Source of the DNA: a virus
Lineage: Duplodnaviria > Caudoviricetes
Virus record (IMG/VR): IMGVR_UViG_3300043432_000485
Span: 1-64,000 of that record
Direction: 5' to 3' (one strand)
DNA length: 64,000 bases
This document shows, one piece after another, positions 9,760-18,538 of this stretch; positions within the stretch are counted from its first letter, which is position 1; the number at the start of each line of letters is the position of its first letter. The notes below the pieces were generated by a model. That model was given only the letters and a program-made list of their open reading frames with translations. It was not told the origin of the DNA and made no database searches. The position numbers and the translations under genes were made by a program.

Positions 9760-10293
9760 TCATTTCATGTAAGAGTTCAGATATTCATACACTCGGGGCA
9801 AAATGCCCAAATTATCGTCGGCATACCCCACAATGAAATTACACCCATGACAGAGGAGCCCGCGCAACTCCCCTGTACGGTGACAATGGTCAAAGCACAA
9901 ACTCTTGCCCATGTCTGCCTCGTCCCGCCCACAACAGGCACACTTCAGATCTTGCCCCAGCAGTTCCAAAGCTTTGGAGTCCTGTCCCGGAGCCCAAGGG
10001 CGGCCTTGATGTTTGGCACTTCGCTGTGCTCTTCTTACCCGTTGTAACGGTGTCAGGTCGTATTCACGCCTGCGTTTACGATTTCGTTCTCGCACGTGGG
10101 GCTTGGAGCGATGTTCCCTTTGCCTGTTGGCCAACACCTCTTTGTTGGCTTCCCTATATTCCTTATTCAGAGAACGTTCTGCCTCCTTGTACTCTGGCTT
10201 GAGTCGATAGGCCCGAACTGTTTCTCGCCTATGCTCTTTCCTGCACTCTTCGCACCCAGTCGTGCCGTGTATACATGGGTTTGGTTTTGTCAC
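9760..10293 (-). CDS. Endonuclease VII-family homing endonuclease
   Basis: CACC...FDHCH..GELRGLLC..CN. Confidence 0.85.
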   Translation of the reverse strand: MTKPNPCIHGTTGCEECRKEHRRETVRAYRLKPEYKEAERSLNKEYREANKEVLANRQREHRSKPHVRERNRKRRREYDLTPLQRVRRAQRSAKHQGRPWAPGQDSKALELLGQDLKCACCGRDEADMGKSLCFDHCHRTGELRGLLCHGCNFIVGYADDNLGILPRVYEYLNSYMK

Positions 10294-10937
10294 TCTTCCG
10301 TAGATACACCGATTTCATATCTGCCAGGTTGGTACTGAACTGATGTCAATCCCTGGATTCCGCTGCTCCTATCCTGAGCCCAGGTGTTGGTGGTCTTGCC
10401 GCACCCGCAGTGCATACACACTTCGTTGATGATCACACCCCCACCATTGCCCCACACTCCGGGGTTCTCCTTGATACCGCCCACCAAGCGGTAGGGGGAT
10501 TGCCAGTCGTGATCGGAACCCTCTTCACAGTTGGGCTCGTCCGGGTCCACCGCGATGCTCACCGAGTGCCTGTCACCATCCTCACCCTCGATGCTGGCAG
10601 ATGGCCAGAAGGTCTCGGTGACTTCGTTGTAGTCCCCGTTGCGGAGCATCTCTTCCGCGTGCTCGATCGCCTCCGAGTTTGAGCTGGCCCAGAAGGTGAC
10701 CTCGTAGCCCTCTTCTCGGTACGTGTAGCTGCGCGGCTCATCGCTGGCCAAGAACGCCAGCTGCGCGGCGCGGGTCGCGTCGGAAGCCGCCTCCCAGGCA
10801 AGGTAAGTTGGCGATTGCTCCTCTAAGGCGTCTTCCGAGTCGTGCCAGACGTCTCGGGCCTTGCACTCAGCCTCGATCGCCTGCTGAAATGCCGTCTCTA
10901 GGGGTCCGGATTCCGGTTTCGTCTCGTAAATGGCCAT
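10290..10937 (-). CDS. Hypothetical acidic protein
   Basis: Long open frame, stop overlaps next start. Confidence 0.7.
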   Translation of the reverse strand: MAIYETKPESGPLETAFQQAIEAECKARDVWHDSEDALEEQSPTYLAWEAASDATRAAQLAFLASDEPRSYTYREEGYEVTFWASSNSEAIEHAEEMLRNGDYNEVTETFWPSASIEGEDGDRHSVSIAVDPDEPNCEEGSDHDWQSPYRLVGGIKENPGVWGNGGGVIINEVCMHCGCGKTTNTWAQDRSSGIQGLTSVQYQPGRYEIGVSTEE

Positions 10938-11074
10938 TGGTTTCCACCTAGTGTGAAAAAGGTTGCGTATTTAGGATGCCCCATAACCCTGGCTCTGTCC
11001 ATTGGGGACTTTCTTTTCATGGCCCTTGTAATCCAGGCAGTTCCGAATTACAATCTGCCCAAGGTGTAAACAAA

Positions 11075-11257
11075 ATGTCCCTATCAGACGCAGACCGAGC
11101 CAGGCAGCTGGCAAGGTTCCGAAACCTACGCGGACGTGGGATCGCGGTGAGTTTCCCCCCACTGGGACCAGTGGTCCAAGCCAGTGACCCACAGGAACTG
11201 CAAGAAGCCACCGACCAGGCTCTGGCTGAAGTGGTGTCGGAAGAACCCGCTAGCTAA
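11075..11257 (+). CDS. Small hypothetical protein
   Basis: GGTGTA motif upstream of ATG 11075. Confidence 0.5.
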   Translation: MSLSDADRARQLARFRNLRGRGIAVSFPPLGPVVQASDPQELQEATDQALAEVVSEEPAS

Positions 11258-11280
11258 TCGTCTTGTGATCCGTGGTGTGC

Positions 11281-11865
11281 ATGGCTTTGCAGCACCGAGT
11301 GGCACAGCGTTTTCAGATCCGGGAGGCCCTTGAGCGCCAGCTCCAAGCATTCAGGGTCACTGACCTACAGAAACTCATGGGGATGGGGCGCAGCTTCGGG
11401 GTGATCTCCGCGTACCGCTCGAACCTGTCCAAGTCCGAGAACCAGCAGCGTCACGGTCAGCTGGTGGCTGATCTGCAGAAGCTCGGTTACCGGAACGTCC
11501 ACCCGATGAAGTCTAGCTGGGAGGACATGGCCACGAAAGTGACCCACAAAGAGAAGAGCCTCTTCGTTCCGGCCATCGACTTTTCCACGTTGCTTGACCT
11601 GGGGACTCAGTATGAGCAAGACGCCGTCCTGTTCAAGGACCCAAGCGGGACCATCGGCGTCTACTTCAAGGACCACACGGCGGTGATGGCCTTCGACAAC
11701 TCGGCCGAGATGGGCGTAGACAAGAGCACCAACCCCAATGAGGGCTACTCCAAGGGGCGCGGTATGTCGTTCGGCTTGCAGCTGGTGGAGGGCCAGAAGT
11801 TCCGTTTCTCGGGTCATCCGATCACGCGTAAGCAGCTCGAAAAAGAGATCTCGGCACACCCATGA
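11281..11865 (+). CDS. DUF3293-like phage protein with RVAQRF N-terminal motif
   Basis: ISAYR..EN..R...L..LG....E.S.FV....G..Y.QDAVL pattern recalled from phage proteins. Confidence 0.6.
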   Translation: MALQHRVAQRFQIREALERQLQAFRVTDLQKLMGMGRSFGVISAYRSNLSKSENQQRHGQLVADLQKLGYRNVHPMKSSWEDMATKVTHKEKSLFVPAIDFSTLLDLGTQYEQDAVLFKDPSGTIGVYFKDHTAVMAFDNSAEMGVDKSTNPNEGYSKGRGMSFGLQLVEGQKFRFSGHPITRKQLEKEISAHP

Positions 11866-12404
11866 ACGTGGTGACCGCTCTGAAGGTAGCGGCCCGGTTT
11901 CTGCGCTCCGATCTGCATCCGCCATTGGGAGATCCCGGCGGAGCGTGCCAGGTCATCAAGCGAATCAAGGACGAAGTGCACAGCCCTGCTCAACAGCGGC
12001 GCCTCATCCAAGAGGTGATGCACGGAGATGACCTGACCAATCAAGAGGCGTTTGAGGTCTATGACGCAGACGTGGAGTCGGGCAACAAGCTGATCCGTAA
12101 GTTTGAGATCGGCTCACATGCTCAGTATCGAATGGACCTAAGAGGGGTCAAGGTCAACGACTTACGGAGGGCATTCATAGCATTCGTGAAGCACTTTGAG
12201 AGGCACAGATCCCTGAAGGATCAGGAGTTTGAGTTCTTGACTGATGCGCTTGCCCGAGGGGTCAAGCTAGAGTTCGAGGACCCACAGACGCACTTGTTTG
12301 TGACCTTCGCGGCTACTACCCCTGGTAGCGTCAAGGTGATCACCACGTATTGGACGAATCGCCCCGGGCACCCAACGGTGCCTCGTGACGGCTGCCCAAT
12401 CTAG
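11862..12404 (+). CDS. Protein with KVAARF motif and DUF4258-like putative RNase domain
   Basis: SHAQYRMDLRGV and C-terminal VKVITTYW. Confidence 0.55.
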   Translation: MNVVTALKVAARFLRSDLHPPLGDPGGACQVIKRIKDEVHSPAQQRRLIQEVMHGDDLTNQEAFEVYDADVESGNKLIRKFEIGSHAQYRMDLRGVKVNDLRRAFIAFVKHFERHRSLKDQEFEFLTDALARGVKLEFEDPQTHLFVTFAATTPGSVKVITTYWTNRPGHPTVPRDGCPI

Positions 12405-12595
12405 CGCGCCATCATCGCCCTGAGCTTCTTCAGGATCTCTTCTCCAACGAGCACAGCCTTGTCGACCTCGACGTCCGAGAGTTGCTTACCTTGCTGATCC
12501 TCGAAGATGTACGCGGCCCCGTTCCCTTTCAGGTCGTTCTCCAGAATTGAGATGAGGCCTGTCAGAATTCTCCGCTTGTGCTCTTTTTTGGTCAT
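12401..12595 (-). CDS. Small hypothetical protein
   Basis: Start overlaps upstream stop. Confidence 0.55.
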   Translation of the reverse strand: MTKKEHKRRILTGLISILENDLKGNGAAYIFEDQQGKQLSDVEVDKAVLVGEEILKKLRAMMAR

Positions 12596-13170
12596 GGCGT
12601 TTGCTCTAGTCTGAATCCACCGGATATCACGTATTCAAACGCATTCAAGATCACTGAAGGGCGATCTTTGAATCCTCCAAGAGCGGTGTTACACCCTCGG
12701 CATAGCAGCCCACGGATTTGTCCTGTGCTATGATCGTGATCCACATGACCCACAGTAACGGGGTCCTTGCAAATGGCGCAAGAGTGCTCTTGCTCTGCCA
12801 TGCGTCGCTCATACTCAGAGCGAGAAATGCCATATTTCTTTTGCAGGAACTTGTAGCGATGGTAAATTGCCTGGTTGGCTTGATCCAGTGGGTCTATGTG
12901 CCCATACTTTGGACCAAGCCTCATGTGTGCAGGATTGATGCAACCAATGGTCTTGCATGTTCGCCTAACGTCTTCCTGTTCAGGTACAGGGCCTCGTTCT
13001 ATTTCGAACATAACCCTGTGCCCTCCGTAGTAGCGGCCCCTCAGGTAAAACTTAGGATTCCGGCGTTTACTGGTGGCCGCTAACCACGGCCAGCAATCAT
13101 CAGCTCCCTTGCGATCAACTTTGGTCCAAAACCTGGAAAGTTCCGATTCGGTTAGGGGTAGTAGAGGCAT
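12592..13170 (-). CDS. Two-domain homing endonuclease (degenerate HNH_3 plus endonuclease VII)
   Basis: RFWTKV..DCWPW..HRV..CINPAH, then CAIC..HVDHDH..GLLC..CN. Confidence 0.8.
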   Translation of the reverse strand: MPLLPLTESELSRFWTKVDRKGADDCWPWLAATSKRRNPKFYLRGRYYGGHRVMFEIERGPVPEQEDVRRTCKTIGCINPAHMRLGPKYGHIDPLDQANQAIYHRYKFLQKKYGISRSEYERRMAEQEHSCAICKDPVTVGHVDHDHSTGQIRGLLCRGCNTALGGFKDRPSVILNAFEYVISGGFRLEQTP

Positions 13171-13508
13171 CAGTTGGGGGCTTTTTCGAGAGTTTCGAAG
13201 GGGATCTCTACCACCCCGGGTACCCCGGAGTTGTTCACGAAGTCAGTTTTTCCGTAGGTCAGGACTCGATAGCGTTCGGCGCAATCAGAGCAGACGGTGC
13301 GCCCAGGCTCGGCCAGTGGTCCCTCACAGAACTTGGCTCCTGCTTCGCACTTAGGTTTCTCCTCCGCGGGTTTGAGAGCGGCTAGCTCAGCTTGTAGCCG
13401 CCGGACCTCAAGAGACAGCACAAAGGTATCATCAGTGGTGGTGGCTGGGTTCTCCGCTCTCGCTAGCGCGGCGGCTAGCTGCTGTTCGGCTTGTGTCCTT
13501 TGAGCCAT
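13170..13508 (-). CDS. Hypothetical protein with coiled coil and Cys cluster
   Basis: GAGGAG SD before MAQRTQ. Confidence 0.6.
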   Translation of the reverse strand: MAQRTQAEQQLAAALARAENPATTTDDTFVLSLEVRRLQAELAALKPAEEKPKCEAGAKFCEGPLAEPGRTVCSDCAERYRVLTYGKTDFVNNSGVPGVVEIPFETLEKAPN

Positions 13509-13770
13509 GGGGTTTCTCCTCTTGCGTCTTGGTGGGAGGTATCTCCACCACATCCTTTGGTAGGCTTTTATACACCGCGCCGTCGGAATTCGTTCCGGGC
13601 ACCTTTCTTGCCCCAATTTCCCGCAGCCGGATGCACCAGGATTCGATGCTGACCACGACCCGCGGACAGCTCCAACTCTTGGGGCTCATGATGACGGTTC
13701 CAGGACGCCACCCTTGATGCGTGGCGTAGGACACAGCATCCCAACCATTCAACCTCGAACGGAAACTCAT
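13432..13770 (-). CDS. Hypothetical protein
   Basis: Follows intergenic regulatory region; 3' end overlaps next gene. Confidence 0.45.
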   Translation of the reverse strand: MSFRSRLNGWDAVSYATHQGWRPGTVIMSPKSWSCPRVVVSIESWCIRLREIGARKVPGTNSDGAVYKSLPKDVVEIPPTKTQEEKPHGSKDTSRTAASRRASESGEPSHHH

Positions 13771-13914
13771 GTTTGGGCACCTATACTGTAGGGTAGGTGA
13801 TTGCGCAGCTCCTGCAACCTAAATCGTGACAAGGTTCCTGATTATCCTTGATGTCCAGGCTGCCTGCCTTGAACTTTAGATGAACCGGCTTAAGGTAGTA
13901 GAGGAGCCTCCCAA

Positions 13915-14100
13915 ATGTTGAATCCCTTCATCATCGACCAGATCAAACGGCGAGAGCAAGAGAAGGCGAAGCGCGATCAGGAGCAATACCTGGAGTTGGA
14001 GCTACCGATCTACGTGCCCGAGGCCCCCTACCGCTACACGGAACCCGACGAGGATCCGGAGCCCGGCGAGCGCGGCGTAGTGATCATTGACCTGCTGTGA
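13915..14100 (+). CDS. Small protein resembling a conserved myxobacterial family (MLxxFIIxxIKRRE...RGVVIID)
   Basis: AGAGGAG SD; motif recognition from memory. Confidence 0.6.
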   Translation: MLNPFIIDQIKRREQEKAKRDQEQYLELELPIYVPEAPYRYTEPDEDPEPGERGVVIIDLL

Positions 14101-14452
14101 TTCGGGTGTTGTGGCGTGCCAAGCTGCTCTGAATCCTCAATGTGTCATTCTCCCTGGCCAGGGCATCGTTTTCACTGAGAAGCCGCTGAATCGCCTGTCC
14201 CTCGTTCAACACCTCGTAGTCACCTTCCGGCTCTCCGCTTTCCTTGGCTCGGAACGGGTCGGAGATGAAAGCTCGACAGCGGAGATAGTAGCCATCCGCG
14301 GCCACCAGGGTACACGGGTTGACCTCGATCAATTGGGCTCGCCACCAACCTTGGGGGCTGCCTTCTTGACCGACAAAGATCACCACGCTGATACCCAGGG
14401 CTGGCGGGATGTTCGAGTTGGTGCGATAAAGACCACGTAGTCTTTCTGACAT
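14084..14452 (-). CDS. Hypothetical protein
   Basis: Open frame with C-terminal coiled coil. Confidence 0.5.
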   Translation of the reverse strand: MSERLRGLYRTNSNIPPALGISVVIFVGQEGSPQGWWRAQLIEVNPCTLVAADGYYLRCRAFISDPFRAKESGEPEGDYEVLNEGQAIQRLLSENDALARENDTLRIQSSLARHNTRITAGQ

Positions 14453-14492
14453 GGGCGTACCTTGCCCCAACAACTCCTACCACGCAAGCGAA

Positions 14493-14786
14493 ATGCCAAA
14501 GCCCCTCACTGGAGATGAAGCCACCATCCTAGCCCTGTTCGCGCAAGCGCGCCACATCTGGAACAAGGGGCATCTGACCCGGAGCCAGCGACGATGGCTT
14601 TGGCGCCAGCTGAGCCCGAGGGCGAAAGAGATCGGCCACGCGATCTTCGGGCGCCCGGCTTCTAAATCGGCCATGCGTACCGCAGCGGCATTCAACAAGT
14701 GGGCTGATAGCTTGGGGAAGACCAGCTATCAGCCCCCGCCCAATTCCATCTCGCAGCCGAGCCTGTTCTCCCCTCGATGGTTCTAG
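14493..14786 (+). CDS. Hypothetical basic protein
   Basis: Open frame. Confidence 0.5.
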   Translation: MPKPLTGDEATILALFAQARHIWNKGHLTRSQRRWLWRQLSPRAKEIGHAIFGRPASKSAMRTAAAFNKWADSLGKTSYQPPPNSISQPSLFSPRWF

Positions 14787-14951
14787 CCCGCGTGGTAGGG
14801 CACCTGTGTTTTGGTGACCTCCAGCTCGGACACCGCATGATGTGCCTCTTCAGCGAGTCTACCCAACTCCCGGTCCGCTTCTTCTTTGGAATCGAACGGA
14901 CCGGAGCTGAAGCGCATGTCGTTGCAGACGTAGTTCACGAAGTAGGGCATG

Positions 14952-15329
14952 CTATTGGATCTCTTGCGGGGTTGCGCGGCTGAATCGAATCACATCTGGC
15001 AGCATGCTGTCATGGATGTCCGAGATGTCGATGACCGCGGTCCCGTCCTTGGGATCAAAGCTTGCCTGGATGCGGACTACGCCCTCCGATTCGTCTCCAA
15101 TGGCAACCACTTTCACCCCGTTGAGTTCCAAGAACTCAACAACCTCTACCGCCTCCCGGGTCAAGTAGTCAGGGGTGGACATGATCGAAACATAAGGGGT
15201 CCCACGATCACAATCATGGTCACCGGTCTCCCCATCCCCCGAGTCACAAGTCACGTGCCCCGCTTGATTGAGAGCCATCACTGTGCGTCGAATGCCGGGG
15301 TTGAGGAAGTCGCCGTCGTTGCTATCCAT
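14952..15329 (-). CDS. Hypothetical phage protein
   Basis: PGI..TV.ALN..G..TCDSGDG pattern. Confidence 0.55.
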   Translation of the reverse strand: MDSNDGDFLNPGIRRTVMALNQAGHVTCDSGDGETGDHDCDRGTPYVSIMSTPDYLTREAVEVVEFLELNGVKVVAIGDESEGVVRIQASFDPKDGTAVIDISDIHDSMLPDVIRFSRATPQEIQ

Positions 15330-15351
15330 GCCTATGGTAAAGCACAAAAGG

Positions 15352-15537
15352 CTACTGAGGTCCGGCCATGGACAGCATCACGCTGATCGAAAACATCACC
15401 CACGCTCCGGTGCCAAGCAGCCACAAATTGCTGATGGCCCCGGCGGCGTACCCGGTTGCGATCAGGGGCAGCGAGAACACCAGGGACCAAGCAGCAGAGC
15501 GGATGGGGACGTTGTCCGGGTGGTGATTGTTTCGCAT
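15352..15537 (-). CDS. Small two-TM membrane protein
   Basis: GGTGTA motif 11 nt spacing; hydrophobic. Confidence 0.6.
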   Translation of the reverse strand: MRNNHHPDNVPIRSAAWSLVFSLPLIATGYAAGAISNLWLLGTGAWVMFSISVMLSMAGPQ

Positions 15538-15554
15538 TCAAGTCAATACACCGA

Positions 15555-15908
15555 TCAGCGATTCAACCGATCCTCGATCTTACCCGCAACCCAATCTAAG
15601 GCGCGGAACATGCTGGTCCTGATGCGCCCCTTACTAGATTTCTGGTGCTCCCAATAGGCCTCTGAATCCCCAAAGTCATCCTTCGTAAGATGCACAGAGG
15701 GAGTAGAAGGGATGAGAGGAACGGTTGGGAGAAGAGCCTCATTCTGGGGCTCCAGTTCTTGAAAGTCACTTCGGGCGCGCACCGCCACATCGAAGGCGTC
15801 CAGACATGTCTGCAGGTATTCGGCCAAAATGAAGTCAGGGGTCCCGCTGCCGGACTCCTTGCTGTAGCTGGCCAGTAGCAACTCTAGGTCCTTACGAAAG
15901 TCGGACAT
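15555..15908 (-). CDS. Hypothetical phage protein
   Basis: SKESGSGTPDFILAEYL pattern typical of phage hypotheticals. Confidence 0.6.
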   Translation of the reverse strand: MSDFRKDLELLLASYSKESGSGTPDFILAEYLQTCLDAFDVAVRARSDFQELEPQNEALLPTVPLIPSTPSVHLTKDDFGDSEAYWEHQKSSKGRIRTSMFRALDWVAGKIEDRLNR

Positions 15909-15910
15909 CC

Positions 15911-16255
15911 CTACCCCCATATGAACCCGTCGTCAGCCATCACGTGCAACTCTAGCTCGTTGTCCTCTTCGGGCTCCCCATCCTCTCGGAACAGGTAGTA
16001 GAAACTAGACGGGTCGTGTATCTCAATTTCCCCAAAGCGGTCCACCACCACATAGGTCTGTGGGTCCACCATGAAGGACTTATTGAGTGAAGATATCTTC
16101 ACATCACGGCCCTCAAACCCTACCAGGGTGTAGCTACAGGACCAACCGGGAGGCAGGATGCCTTGGACGGTCAAGATCCCCATCAGAGAGCCGTCGTATT
16201 TGGCATAATCCCTGACGTCGTTAGCGTTTTGCCTCAAGTAGCAATGCTTTCCCAT
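15911..16255 (-). CDS. Hypothetical protein
   Basis: Fits between co-oriented genes. Confidence 0.55.
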   Translation of the reverse strand: MGKHCYLRQNANDVRDYAKYDGSLMGILTVQGILPPGWSCSYTLVGFEGRDVKISSLNKSFMVDPQTYVVVDRFGEIEIHDPSSFYYLFREDGEPEEDNELELHVMADDGFIWG

Positions 16256-16268
16256 GCATACAGTGGAC

Positions 16269-17153
16269 CTAAAGAAGATTAGCCGATGTGAACATGCCGC
16301 AGCTGGCTTGCACATCGAAACCTACCCTGGGGATCACCGCGATGGTTGACCTTGGCATCAGCTCTCTGAAGAGCCGGACGTTGCGCTCGATCACCTCTTC
16401 TTCGGCTTCCTGGCTGCGCTCGTCCGGGGGGTTGTAGCGCACCACATTGAGGTCTACGTGAAGGTTGTTGGCTTCGAGCAATCGGCAGATGTCCTGGACG
16501 TTGTCCGTGCTATCGTTCTCCCCGCGGATGAACGCGAAGTGCACTTTGGGGCGTTTACCGGTAACGGACTGCCAAGCCGCCAGCTTCTGGACAGCTTCCA
16601 CCGGATCCAAAGCCTGGGGCAACCACTTCCTCCGGAACTCTGGATTCACCGAGTACAAGCTGTAGTAAAGCTCCGGGTGAATGGACCGGAACGTATTGGT
16701 CAGGTCCAAGTCCTTCCTGGTCTTTGGGAAGATGGTGGAGATCAGAAACCTGGCTTCCAAACCTCTGGCAGAGGCTTTCTCTCGCAAGGATCCTAACAGC
16801 GCGTCTGCTTGATCCAGGATGGTCCTGCACTCTAACGCTTCACCCCGAGCCATGAAGTTGAAGTGCACCCACTGATGTTCGGCCCTGAGGCTGGGATCCA
16901 GGTTATCCCAATGGCTCAGTACAGCGTCAGCTTGCTGCCCAAAGTCCTGGATGGTCGCATCCACACTCTTGACTTGGCGTGTGGCCGTCAAGTGGCACAT
17001 CCTGCATGCCTTGGCGCATCCGGATTGGGAGGACAGGTACACGATGAAGTAGGGCTTACCAGGGCGGCTCACGAAGCGAGCCTCAAAGTAGCCTACCTCT
17101 GCTGAGGTGACGAAGTTGACTGAACGATCCACTCCACTATACAGTCTTCTCAT
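16269..17153 (-). CDS. RlmN/Cfr-like radical SAM protein, N-terminally short
   Basis: SSQSGCAKACRMC (CxxxCxxC), FMARGEA, YSLYS, DVQASCGMF. Confidence 0.85.
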   Translation of the reverse strand: MRRLYSGVDRSVNFVTSAEVGYFEARFVSRPGKPYFIVYLSSQSGCAKACRMCHLTATRQVKSVDATIQDFGQQADAVLSHWDNLDPSLRAEHQWVHFNFMARGEALECRTILDQADALLGSLREKASARGLEARFLISTIFPKTRKDLDLTNTFRSIHPELYYSLYSVNPEFRRKWLPQALDPVEAVQKLAAWQSVTGKRPKVHFAFIRGENDSTDNVQDICRLLEANNLHVDLNVVRYNPPDERSQEAEEEVIERNVRLFRELMPRSTIAVIPRVGFDVQASCGMFTSANLL

Positions 17154-17457
17154 TGCGGGACTTCCTTTTCAATGCACGACGCAAGCGCTTCCATACACTG
17201 GTCAGACGCCCGGCGATGATGGCTAAGAAAGTGACGGCCCACATAGGGCTGAATAGGGTGCCGGTGATCAGCAACCCTATCAGGTCCAAGTCGCGTTTGA
17301 CCTTGGTAGTCAACGGCTATCCACAGGCCAAGTCCCGCGCCAGCAGGAGGCCCATGGGTATCTCCGTTCCAGAATCACAAAGGGCGTCCATCTGTGGGCC
17401 AGGTAGATTCGGCGCCACTTCCAAAAAGAACCGCCCCCACCGCAAGCCACTCCGAGC

Positions 17458-17682
17458 TTAAGCCAGATCATCTGACACCTTGATTACTATGGGCTGAGGT
17501 GCTTTCTCATACAGGCGCCTCAGCTCGGCGTTCTGCTTTGCCAGCTCGACCACCGCGACCTTCAACACGGTGGCTAGAGGCAAGCTGTCCCGGCGAGCCA
17601 TGTGCATGCACGCGTGCACGATAGGGTCGTCCTTAGCCAGTTTGGCAAAGTCCGACTCGTACTCCAACCACGGGAGGTTCAT
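17458..17682 (-). CDS. Small hypothetical protein
   Basis: Start overlaps upstream stop. Confidence 0.55.
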   Translation of the reverse strand: MNLPWLEYESDFAKLAKDDPIVHACMHMARRDSLPLATVLKVAVVELAKQNAELRRLYEKAPQPIVIKVSDDLA

Positions 17683-17921
17683 GCTTCGCTGGAGGCGGTG
17701 TCCGCCTGGACCTCTTGTACGGGGACCTGACCACGGCTTGGGCGCGGGATGTTGATTCCGTGCTCCTTGAGCTTGTTCAAGAGCCCGCGGCGGCTAATCC
17801 CCAGCGCTATGGCGGTGCGGGACCGATTGCCATTGTGGGCCGTCAGGTGCTGCTCAAGCAGCTGTTTCTCGTGCACGTGCATCAATTCTTTTAGGAGACT
17901 CATGTTCACTCTCACCTTCAC
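17679..17921 (-). CDS. Stand-alone Fis/NtrC-type helix-turn-helix protein
   Basis: GNRSRTAIALGISRRGLLNKLKEHG matches HTH_8 consensus. Confidence 0.85.
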   Translation of the reverse strand: MKVRVNMSLLKELMHVHEKQLLEQHLTAHNGNRSRTAIALGISRRGLLNKLKEHGINIPRPSRGQVPVQEVQADTASSEA

Positions 17922-17943
17922 TAGGGCTTTACACCGAAACTTC

Positions 17944-18405
17944 TCACTCCCTGTCGCCCATTGCGTCGATCATCAAACGAAGCATCGCGTTTAGGTCAGG
18001 CATCATCTCAGCCGCGGCCCATTGCGGGGGCGCGCTGTTATCAACACCCTGGAATGGGTCCTGAGCTGGGTTCTTCCGACGCTTCTTCACAGGAGGCTCT
18101 TGAGGCGGGGGCTCCGGTGGATCAGGGAACGCGACCACAGCAACGGGAGTTGGCCCTGACAAGTAGCTCTCGTCCAATATGGCCCTCCACAAGGCCTTTC
18201 CTGGACGAACCGGCCTTTTAGCCCTAGTTTCTGGGTGGCCCGATGTCCAATCACTGGCTCGAAAGTGCCCCTCTGGTATCAATTTCTTGTCTGCCAACGG
18301 AGCCCCCGTCTCTTGATCAGCATCAAAGGAATGCTGGCACTCCGGGTGCTTGGTGCATCCGTAGAACCAACGAGCGTAAAGCTGGGACCACTTGAGCTTC
18401 ATCAA
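17944..18405 (-). CDS. Zinc-ribbon protein (topoisomerase C4/DUF3268-like); true start unclear
   Basis: FYGCTKHPEC; in-frame CEAC lies upstream of first canonical start. Confidence 0.6.
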   Translation of the reverse strand: MMKLKWSQLYARWFYGCTKHPECQHSFDADQETGAPLADKKLIPEGHFRASDWTSGHPETRAKRPVRPGKALWRAILDESYLSGPTPVAVVAFPDPPEPPPQEPPVKKRRKNPAQDPFQGVDNSAPPQWAAAEMMPDLNAMLRLMIDAMGDRE

Positions 18406-18538
18406 AGCGGCCCGACAAGCTTCACAGGGGAGGTTCTTGACCTCCCCCTTTCATCTGCAATCCTTTCCTGGCTTCCTTGGGAGGCATCGCTCAACCTTTC
18501 CTTTGATCACTACACCGAAACATGGTGTAGTGAACTGA

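Noticed and set aside
13800-13820. Imperfect inverted repeat TTGCGCAG-CTC-CTGCAA in a divergent intergenic region
   Set aside because: Single short copy with no second instance seen, so there is not enough support to call an operator.
17134-17391. Possible fifth TAG read-through ORF (MDALCD...LACG*PLTTKVKRDL...), TAG at 17317-17319, minus strand
   Set aside because: Equally explained by two small coupled genes, since another frame ends in a TGA overlapping a TTG start. No family motif spans the TAG.
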